Notes under the pieces: generated by a model
Told to the model about the DNA's origin: nothing
Seen by the model: the letters and a program-made list of their open reading frames with translations, nothing else
The model's database searches: none
Program-made: the position numbers and the translations under genes
Shown: one piece after another, positions 17,822-25,900 of the stretch
Position numbering within the stretch: position 1 is the stretch's first letter
Layout: every line of letters starts with the position of its first letter
Source of the DNA: an uncultured Chloracidobacterium sp.
GTDB taxonomy: Bacteria; Acidobacteriota; Blastocatellia; Pyrinomonadales; Pyrinomonadaceae
Reading direction: 5' to 3'
Assembly (NCBI GenBank): GCA_964526245.1
Contig: CAZGLZ010000006.1
Coordinates: forward strand, 2,215-66,214
Length of the DNA stretch: 64,000 nt

Positions 17822-18189
17822 CAATAAAACACAATCATCGCTATCCGGTAAAACATCTTTCAGTTCGCGTACCGTGGCACGACAACGCATGGAATGGCAC
17901 CGTTTGTATCGATCCGAAATCGAATAGTGCCTGTCTCGCGCTAAAGAGCTGCTCTCTGACCCGCGATGACGAAAAGGAACAGAGTCTTTGCGGAAAGAAA
18001 ATTGAGAATTTGGGACAAAGCGATTTTCCGGCTTGCCTAAAAGAAAGCGGCGCCATGATGGCCAATTTCGCTTTTAATAAGAGCGTAAACCATCCCTACG
18101 TGCTCACCTCGGACATGGCAGCTTACATCTTTCCGGTTTTAGGGAACATTGGTAGTGCCTCTAAGAAGACCATACCTTCAAGCAGTTAG
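17773..18189 (+). pseudogene. Start-less open frame encoding ..HLSVRVPWHDNAWNGTVCIDPKSNSACLALKSC..; likely an N-terminal remnant of a larger gene
   Basis: Read by hand. Frame is open from 17773 to the stop at 18187-18189 with no ATG/GTG/TTG before the conserved-looking RVPWHDNAWNG block. Absent from the ORF track. Confidence 0.3.
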
Positions 18190-18241
18190 CAGGTCGTCGA
18201 GATCAATCTAAGCTAATCCGATCGCAACCGGTCCTGCTTCG

Positions 18242-18496
18242 TCATGAAAGATCGAGTTCGGAATCATCGTCGATAAGGAGATCCGTGCTTACGCCGGCAA
18301 GCCGAGCATACTTCAGAAGCAGTGGATACGAAGGTTCGCGAGTTCCTCGTTCAAATGCCGAGATCGTACTGCGAACCACTTCCTCTTCAACCCCGAGCCT
18401 TTCGATCAACCCGTCTTGAGAAAGTCCGAGCGACAGTCGGATCTGCCTTAGCTTCCTGGCCAAATGCTTCGGTTTCGGCCGAGAGCGTGTTCCCAT
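18242..18496 (-). CDS. XRE-family helix-turn-helix transcriptional regulator
   Basis: LRQIRLSLGLSQDGLIERLGV....ISAFERGTREPS is the typical HTH_3 pattern. Confidence 0.8.
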   Translation of the reverse strand: MGTRSRPKPKHLARKLRQIRLSLGLSQDGLIERLGVEEEVVRSTISAFERGTREPSYPLLLKYARLAGVSTDLLIDDDSELDLS

Positions 18497-18518
18497 TAGA
18501 AGTTACCTCCTAATGGGA
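18491..18518. promoter_or_regulatory. Perfect 9-bp inverted repeat spanning the XRE start codon and SD
   Basis: tcccattag (18491-18499) and ctaatggga (18510-18518), 10-nt spacer containing the SD (aggaggt on the minus strand). Confidence 0.35.
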
Positions 18519-18753
18519 ATTTGGTGATTCGAATGCCCTTGCGAGTAGAGCCATTTGACTCTATACTCTTGCCGTCAGGTCGCTGAGCCGCAGAGATGCA
18601 AATCGACCCAGCATAAGCTGTCAGAAACGAGCCCTCCGGTTGATGGGCATACCGACAAACATATTACGCCAACTTTCGAGGGATGGAAATCTCGCGAGGC
18701 ACTGGTTTCAGATAACCGAAAAGCACTCAACTTTTCGTCTTGGTGAATAAAAA

Positions 18754-19272
18754 ATGCTAGGTATTGAATTTTTGTCGCCGTTGTATTTGATCGTGCTTGC
18801 GCTTTACTTCCTAACGTCATCGATCAAGATGTTTGATATTCGAATGACTCAAGCTAAGAACGGAGCGTGGGGAGAAGACGCTCGACAGGAAGCGCAGAGC
18901 CTGACACTGCCCGGATGGGTCGGCGCAGTCTTTTACCTTGATTTCCTTCTTGGTGGGCTCCTCCTCCTTTTTAATTGGAAGGCCACTCTTGTCGTTTGGA
19001 TTGTCCGCTTTGTCCTCAAAGTCCTTCCGGTACTAGAAACGGTCGGAAATCTGCTTATGTTTCCGTTTCGGCCCAAACCATTAGACCGGGAAAGAGAAGC
19101 TAGAGATCTCGAGCGAGTCCTTCGAGATCTAGCGGAACGAGAGACCAGAGGGGATACCTTTGCGGAGGTACATCGAAGAATGGCGGACATGCTGGCTCAA
19201 GAGGCTGATAGGGAACGAGATGCGAAAAGGGGTGGAACAGCTCGGAATTTCAACCGAGAAAAGGAGAATTAA
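18754..19272 (+). CDS. Membrane protein (about 3 TM) with highly charged C-terminal tail, hypothetical
   Basis: Hydrophobic stretches LSPLYLIVLALYFL, WVGAVFYLDFLLGGLLLLF and LVVWIVRFVLKVL, then a D/E/R-rich tail. Confidence 0.5.
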   Translation: MLGIEFLSPLYLIVLALYFLTSSIKMFDIRMTQAKNGAWGEDARQEAQSLTLPGWVGAVFYLDFLLGGLLLLFNWKATLVVWIVRFVLKVLPVLETVGNLLMFPFRPKPLDREREARDLERVLRDLAERETRGDTFAEVHRRMADMLAQEADRERDAKRGGTARNFNREKEN

Positions 19273-19334
19273 GTTGCCATTACTGTTTCCTCCGCGGTGG
19301 TTAGGACTATGCTAGCGAAAATATGCGTTCGGTA

Positions 19335-19362
19335 TTGACATTTTATGAAATTTGAGTAGTCT
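19335..19362 (+). promoter_or_regulatory. Sigma70-like promoter candidate
   Basis: TTGACA (19335-19340), 16-nt spacer, TAGTCT (19357-19362). Confidence 0.25.
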
Positions 19363-19372
19363 GAAATATGAG

Positions 19373-19433
19373 ACGCCTGCTTCGAAAACGAGTTCCTCTA
19401 TGGAATAACTTCGAGGCAGGCGTTTATTGTTTT
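19373..19433 (+). terminator. Long hairpin with U-rich tail
   Basis: 14-bp stem 19373-19386 / 19410-19423 (one G-U pair) followed by ttattgtttt. Confidence 0.45.
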
Positions 19434-19434
19434 G

Positions 19435-19473
19435 GCCCGTGTATATCAGCAGATGTACACGGGCTTTTTGTTT
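19435..19473 (+). terminator. Canonical rho-independent terminator
   Basis: gcccgtgta (19435-19443) / tacacgggc (19456-19464) followed by tttttgttt. Confidence 0.65.
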
Positions 19474-19527
19474 GCCCAGAAGCTCAAAAGGAATCGCTTC
19501 TGCAGATGAAGAAAAGAGATACGAGAT

Positions 19528-20754
19528 ATGAAGAAGCAAAGGAAAACAGTCTACGTAGATATGGACAACGTCCTGGTGGATTTCCCGTCCGGCATAGCTA
19601 GGCTAAGCGACGAAGATCGCATCGAATATGAGGGACGATATGACGACTGCCCCGGAATCTTCGCCTTGATGGAACCGGTTCCGGGAGCGGTCGAAGGTTT
19701 CCGGAGCGTTGCCGAACGTTTCGACACGTACATTCTGTCGACCGCCCCATGGGCTAACTCCTCGGCGTGGATGCACAAGGCCGAATGGGTGCACAAGCAC
19801 TTCGGAACCGTCGAAGGAACACCCGCATACAAGCGACTGATCATCAGCCATCACAAGAATCTCAACCGCGGCCACTATCTGATCGATGATCGGACAAAGA
19901 ACGGAGCCTCGGAGTTCGAAGGCGAACATATTCTGTTTGGATCCGAACAGTTTCCCGACTGGAAAACGGTCGTCGAATATTTGATTCAGGCCGAAAGGCC
20001 GGTCGCCGAGAATCGCGACAGATTCTTCCAACCTTTCCCGGAACATCATAATGGGACTTATAAGGTGGTTCCGATCGAAAACCTTATTCCCACAAAAACT
20101 AACCCGGACAAGTCTGTTGAGAACGCTCTCACGCACATCCGCGGACTCGACTCAGGTAACGATGGAGAACACCCTCGTAAACCACTCGACGTACTGGATA
20201 ACGGCGACGGAAGATACTCCATAGTCGACGGAAACGCTACGCATGCAGCCGCACAAATTCTTGAGTGGAGAGAACTGCCGGTGCGTGTAATGGAAAACAC
20301 TCCCGTATTGGACAGGGCCATCCAGATCGCCGCACAGGTCCATGCGGGACAGACCGATAAAGCCGGTGCTCCTTACCTTCTACATCCGATTCGGTTGATG
20401 ATGAAGATGAAATCCGACGCCGCCAAGATCGTCGCAGTGCTGCACGATGTCATTGAGGACTGTTGGCCGAAAGGTAGCTGGACATTCGAACGGCTCAGAA
20501 GCGAGGGTTTTTCCGAAGCCGTCGTTGAAGCACTCAAATGCGTTACAAAGCTGCATGAGAATGAGGACTACGATGAGTTCATTGACCGGTCAATGAGTAA
20601 CGCGATTGCACGCGAAGTAAAACTGGCCGATCTCGAAGACAACATGAACATGCTACGAATGAGCGAGTTGCGACCGAAGGATCTTGAACGGCTCGCAAAG
20701 TACCACCGCTCGTGGCACAGACTATCCGCTGCCGGCGAAGGAGTAAATCTATGA
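19528..20754 (+). CDS. Three-domain fusion: NT5C-type 5'(3')-deoxyribonucleotidase (HAD), ParB/Srx-like domain, and RelA/SpoT-type HD (small alarmone hydrolase-like) domain
   Basis: VYVDMDNVLVDF (DxDxV HAD motif) and the LIDDR region. YSIVDGNATHAAAQILEWRELPVRV is ParB-N-like. AAQVHAGQTDKAGAPYLLHP...VAVLHDVIED...KLADLEDNM is the HD_4 pattern. Confidence 0.7.
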   Translation: MKKQRKTVYVDMDNVLVDFPSGIARLSDEDRIEYEGRYDDCPGIFALMEPVPGAVEGFRSVAERFDTYILSTAPWANSSAWMHKAEWVHKHFGTVEGTPAYKRLIISHHKNLNRGHYLIDDRTKNGASEFEGEHILFGSEQFPDWKTVVEYLIQAERPVAENRDRFFQPFPEHHNGTYKVVPIENLIPTKTNPDKSVENALTHIRGLDSGNDGEHPRKPLDVLDNGDGRYSIVDGNATHAAAQILEWRELPVRVMENTPVLDRAIQIAAQVHAGQTDKAGAPYLLHPIRLMMKMKSDAAKIVAVLHDVIEDCWPKGSWTFERLRSEGFSEAVVEALKCVTKLHENEDYDEFIDRSMSNAIAREVKLADLEDNMNMLRMSELRPKDLERLAKYHRSWHRLSAAGEGVNL

Positions 20755-21551
20755 CAATGCCAATAGATCTAATACTTGTTCGCCACGGACACAGCGAAGG
20801 GAATCTGGCCGTGAGTAGGTCCAAGAAAGGAGACGATAGTCTGTATACTCCCGATTTTCGAGAACGTCCGGGACATCGTTGGAGGCTGACGGCCGAGGGA
20901 CAAGAGCAAGCAGCAACCGCCGGCAAATGGATACTCGACAACATAGGAGTTCAGTTCGATCGATACTACGCGTCACCCTACGTGCGAACTCAGGAAACGG
21001 CCGCTTTGCTCGATCTTCCCGGTGCCGAGTGGCGGCTCGACCAGCGACTTCGCGAACGCGACTGGGGCGAGATAGGATCGGTTCCGATACCGGAACAGGC
21101 CAGTCTCTATCCTCGAAACATAGTCCTACAGAAAACAGATGCCCTTTACTGGCGGCCACCTGGTGGTGAGTCGATAGCGGATGCTCGCATGCGTGTCCGG
21201 ACCTTCTTCGACACGCTGCACCGCGAGTGCGAAGGCCAATCCGTCGTCGTCGTAACGCACGGCGACATTATCTCAGCCGTGAGAGGAGCTATCGAATATC
21301 TAAGCGATGAGGAATGGCTGGCGTTCGACCGTGACGAATCGAAGCGGATCCTGAATTGCCATATCTATCACTATTCCCGACGCGACCCGTCCACCGGCGA
21401 GGTCGGGAAATATCTGAGCTGGCGGCGTGCTGTCTGCCCTACCGACACCGGTATTGACACGGGCTGGGAAACGATCACCCGCAAGAGATTCAGTAACGCA
21501 GAGCTGCTCGAACGCGTTAGCCGCGTCGAGCCAACCGTGGAGGTGCGATGA
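20751..21551 (+). CDS. Histidine phosphatase superfamily (phosphoglycerate-mutase-like) protein
   Basis: LILVRHGHSEGN (RHG motif) and VVVVTHGDII. ATG 20751 forms an ATGA overlap with the upstream stop. Confidence 0.8.
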   Translation: MTMPIDLILVRHGHSEGNLAVSRSKKGDDSLYTPDFRERPGHRWRLTAEGQEQAATAGKWILDNIGVQFDRYYASPYVRTQETAALLDLPGAEWRLDQRLRERDWGEIGSVPIPEQASLYPRNIVLQKTDALYWRPPGGESIADARMRVRTFFDTLHRECEGQSVVVVTHGDIISAVRGAIEYLSDEEWLAFDRDESKRILNCHIYHYSRRDPSTGEVGKYLSWRRAVCPTDTGIDTGWETITRKRFSNAELLERVSRVEPTVEVR

Positions 21552-22870
21552 TCATCCCCGACCCAATAAAGAAGACGGTCAAGATACCGATAAGGATCGT
21601 CGATGGCCAGGTCCGTTACTTCTACGGCGGCGAGCTCCCGAAGCTCAAAAACGTAGTTGGCGACCTCGTCATTCCCGCCTTTGCTCTCCTTGATCAAGAA
21701 CAGGCAAAAGAACTTTCCCACGAAGACGTCTCCGAAATGCTGCCTGCCGGTTCGGAGTTGATGATCAACGTTAGGGTCGATACCTACTCCGAAGGGGTAC
21801 TGACGGAATTGCGGGATAGCTCGGCAGACCTTCCTGGTTTTGCCCCAAAGGAAGGTTTTGTAAGGTTTTGTTTAGACGAACCTTTATATCTGTGGCATCG
21901 CGGGACCAAAACGAGTCAGCTTAACCCGTGCAAAGGCCATTTTGTCGACTTGGATGGAGAGGCAACAAGCCTTAATCACGCATACACGATCGCTTCTAAG
22001 AAATTCGAGACGAAGAGGACGTCGAACACCGGGAACGTCTTCAAGCATGTTTATTACAAAAGCAAGCACGGATGGGAACCGCTTGAGTGGCTTCGCGAAA
22101 GGCTCGACGCACAATTTGAACAAAGGTACCTCAGGTCCGAAAATGCAGAGATCGGACCGCCCGAAGGTGCTCGCGGTTTGTTTCCAAAAGTCGAAGAATT
22201 TCCCGATGTGGAAGTTGAGAAAGTCCCGGAAACGGAAACCGAACCACACATCAATCAACGCTTTCCTGATGATTCCACCATTAAGACGTTTGACGAATAT
22301 ATGGCTGAAGGATGCTATCACTATGATCAAACATACTGGCGATACAACATAAGCGGCGAGCTCAGAACGATCCCCCTTCGAATTCGCATGAAGGATTTTC
22401 GGTTGTCAAAAAGTCAGAAAAGGGTTCTGAGAATTAACGCGGATCTTGACCTCCAAAAGCTGCCATTGAATGTGACGAAGGATGGTGAAGAATGCAAGTT
22501 GTTTAAGCTCCACAACGTCCGGTTCGGGGAACATGCCCCGAAAAAGGTAAACCTCCCCCTGGGAGAACGGAATAGGAAATTCTGTGTTTTAGACGACGGC
22601 AAGCTTATCGCAGCGAGCTTTTTTGAAATGGGGGCCAACGCCTCACACGGCTATTACTGCATTTTCGACCCCTCCATCGAATGGCGAAGCCTCGGCATTT
22701 TCACAATGCTTAAAGAGATCGAATATGCCAGAGAACAAGCAAACGAGTTTTATTACCTCGGCTATGCTTTTGATAAGCCGACTCTCTATGATTACAAAAA
22801 ACGCTTCCACGGACTCGAGAGCTACGACTGGAAAACCGGAGAATGGGTCGACTTCAAAAGATCAGTCTAG
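21548..22870 (+). CDS. Protein with unassigned N-terminal ~260 aa and C-terminal Bpt/ATE-type aminoacyl-tRNA-protein transferase domain
   Basis: FRLSKSQKRVLR and YCIFDPSIEWRSLGIFTMLKEIEYAREQANEFYYLGYAFDKPTLYDYKKRFHGLESYDWKTGEWV match the conserved Bpt/ATE_C pattern (SxG..., YxYLGYxI..., xYKxxFxPxE). ATGA overlap with the upstream gene. Confidence 0.6.
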   Translation: MIIPDPIKKTVKIPIRIVDGQVRYFYGGELPKLKNVVGDLVIPAFALLDQEQAKELSHEDVSEMLPAGSELMINVRVDTYSEGVLTELRDSSADLPGFAPKEGFVRFCLDEPLYLWHRGTKTSQLNPCKGHFVDLDGEATSLNHAYTIASKKFETKRTSNTGNVFKHVYYKSKHGWEPLEWLRERLDAQFEQRYLRSENAEIGPPEGARGLFPKVEEFPDVEVEKVPETETEPHINQRFPDDSTIKTFDEYMAEGCYHYDQTYWRYNISGELRTIPLRIRMKDFRLSKSQKRVLRINADLDLQKLPLNVTKDGEECKLFKLHNVRFGEHAPKKVNLPLGERNRKFCVLDDGKLIAASFFEMGANASHGYYCIFDPSIEWRSLGIFTMLKEIEYAREQANEFYYLGYAFDKPTLYDYKKRFHGLESYDWKTGEWVDFKRSV

Positions 22871-22920
22871 CGATCAATCCGGTAGTTCATGCAAAGACAT
22901 CCTTACTCGGCGACTCTGTG

Positions 22921-22948
22921 CTCCGCCTGAGGAGGGTTCAGGCGGGAG
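22921..22948. terminator. Hairpin between convergent genes (no clear U-tract)
   Basis: ctccgcctga / tcaggcgggag with one bulge and a 7-nt loop. Confidence 0.3.
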
Positions 22949-22953
22949 AGAGT

Positions 22954-25900
22954 CTATCGGACAAACGCATTCGGCAGCGGTCTATCGCCGGTGGTGCCGA
23001 ATTGAAGGATGAGCGGCCCTCCCGTTGATCTCAACGCGAACCAGTTCGAGTTCGATGGCCTGAAGACCGCTGCGTCGATCTTCCCGTCGCCATCATAATC
23101 GCCCGGTGCCGGAAGATCGCCATTGGCTCCCCACGGGAAAGCGTAGAAACTCGAGTCCTCGCTGCGAAGCACGTACCATTCACCGGTCGAAGGCCGGAAG
23201 TATGCCAGGTCGGCCTTGCCGTCGCCGGTGTAATCGCCCGGCACGGTCAGGTCGGTCGCCGAGCCGAACGCGAATGCACGGTTGGCTCCGTCGCTCGATC
23301 TCAGATACCACCACTCGCCGCCGCCCGAGCCGCCCGTTGGACGGAAGATCGCCACGTCGGCCTTGCCGTCGCCGTCGTAATCGGCCGGGACGGGCCTGTC
23401 GCCCGCAGTTCCGAACGGCGTCGCCGCAACCTGCCCATCCGACGAACGCAGCGTGAACCACGTGTTCGTCGAAGGCCTGTAAACCGTCGCGTCCGACTTC
23501 CCGTCCCCGTCAAAATCCGCCGGCGAAGGCACGTCGCCCGCCGCCCCGAACGGGAACGCAAAGAACGTCGAATCCTCCGACCTCAACACGAACCACTCGC
23601 CCGAGGCCGGCCGCCAGAAAGCAAGGTCCGTCTTCCCGTCGCCCGTGAAATCCGCCGGCACGATCGTGTCCGTCGCCTCACCAAAAGCAAACGCCCGATT
23701 CCCACCATCCGACGACCTCAAATACCACCACTCCGATCCACTTCCACCAACCGGCCGAAACACCGAGATGTCCGTCTTTCCATCACCATCAAAATCAATC
23801 CCCGCTTTGGGTCTCACCAAAAATACATACGCGTTTATTCCTCCCAACATCGGCGATGATGCAAGAGCAGAGCCAGCTTTTGTATCTCGCTTGCCGTTTC
23901 CCGAAGGATCATCGGCAATGGGGTTGACCGAGGTCGCATCAGTTCCGTCCGTTGCGTAGAAATAGATAATATGGATGCCTGGCCTCAAATTAGAGGTGAT
24001 CGCCTTCGCGGTTAGTGTGGTCGCCGTGCTGGCGGTGTTCGAAGCTCTTGTCCACATTCCGTTAGTGGAATTCAGCTGGAAGTAAATATTCCGAGGCTGA
24101 GGCGCGGTCGGAGAGTATGTTGAAGAGGCAAATAACTCGAAATGCGGGTTCGGATGATTCGCTATGTTTCCAGGGAGGGGCGTGATGCTGGTATTCAGAG
24201 GAATCGAGTTTGTGGGAACAGGGGTAATAACGGTTAAATTGTCGCTCCCTTGATTAGTAACATAGACCCTATTAGTAATTGGATTTACCGCGACTGAAGA
24301 TGGGTTATCAGCCGAAGGAATAAATGTCCTTGAGTTATTCGTTCCATCGATCGCGGAAACCGTCCCTGCGACAGCTAATGAGAAATTCGCTACATAGATC
24401 TTATTATTTGATAGGTTAACAGCGACCGCCAGTGGATTCACACCTCCTTGAATGTTTGATGTTGAATTGTTCGTCCCGTTGATTACGGTCACGTTACCAC
24501 CCGAGTTTGCGACATAGATCCTATTGGACAAAGGGTTAACCGCCACACCGTCTGGAGAGGTACCTACTGGAATTGTCGTAACTGCCTTACTGGCTCCATC
24601 GATAAGCGTAACTGTGTTGCTGTCCCGATTGGTCACATAGATCCTGTTTGTCGAGTCATTAACAGCAATGCCCTCGGGGCCGTTGCCCACGGCAATCGAA
24701 GTCGTCGAATTCGTATAACCGTTAATAACGGTGACGTTATTGCTATTCCGGTTGGTCACATAGATCTCGTTGGTCACGGAATTGACTGCGATAGCATTGG
24801 GCCCGATTCCTGCTGGAACGTTGGTCGCCGAGTTGCTTGAACCGTCGATTACTGTCACGTTGTTGCTGTTATTATTCGCCACATAAATTTTATTCGTCAC
24901 TGGATTGACAACTATTGCTTCAGGAAAAGATCCGGCAGCAACCGTTGTTGTAGAATTGTCCGTCCCGTCAATCACAGTAACGTTGTTACTTTTATTGGCT
25001 ACATAAATTAAGTTGGTTATAGGATTGACTGCGATCGCCACCGGGCCAGTACCGTTTATTACGGAAGTTGACGAATTGTTCGCACCATCGATCACAGTGA
25101 CGCTTCCTGAGCCTGTTCCGCCGGAGCAAGCAGATCCGCAATTTGCGACATAGATTTTGTTTGTTACGGGATTGATCGCGACGGCTGATGGTCTTGAACC
25201 TGTAGTGACAAAAGCTGTCGTATTATACGAGCCGTCAATCACAGTCACACTAGCACTATCTCTGTTCGCTGAATATATCTTGTTTGTATTCGGATTTACA
25301 GCTAGATCGATCGGCGACGAACCTGCAGTTACCGTCGATTGGGAATTGTCGATACCATTGATTACTGACACACTCGCCCCGCCGAAGTTGGCCACATAGA
25401 CTTTATTCGTAAACGAGTTAATTGCCACAGAGGTTGGCGAGGAACCAGACGGAACCGTACCCGTGGAGTTATCAACCCCGTTTATCACAGTGACATTGTT
25501 GCTCGATTGATTGGCTACGTAGATCTTATTTGTCACGGAATTAACGGCTAACGCAACTGGTTGTGATCCCGTCGTTATTGATGCAACTGAGTTATCCACG
25601 CCGTTTATAACCTTAACGACGCTCTCACCCTGAATTGAGACATAAATCATGTTTGTCACAAAGTTGATCGCTATTCCCCGTGGATTAAAACCAATATTGA
25701 ATGTATTTGTCGCATTACTGGTGCCGTCAATAACGGTTACGCTGCCACTGAAATTGTTGACGACGTATATCAAGTTGGTAACTGGATTGACTGCGATCGC
25801 TGCGGGCCCCATGCCGACCGCTACTGTTGTAGTGGTATGGTCGTCTCCGTTTATAACGGTTACACTATTGCTCCCGAGACTGGTGTTGGCCACATAGATC

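Noticed and set aside
17780-17830. Programmed -1 frameshift joining the SF1 helicase to the downstream RVPWHD frame (run of A at cggaaaaatg)
   Set aside because: The A-run does not form an X_XXY_YYZ heptamer in the helicase frame and there is no obvious downstream stimulatory structure. A decayed separate gene is the simpler explanation.
19368-19601. 77-aa ORF upstream of and overlapping the operon start
   Set aside because: It runs through two strong terminator hairpins and into the next gene in another frame, and it has no SD.
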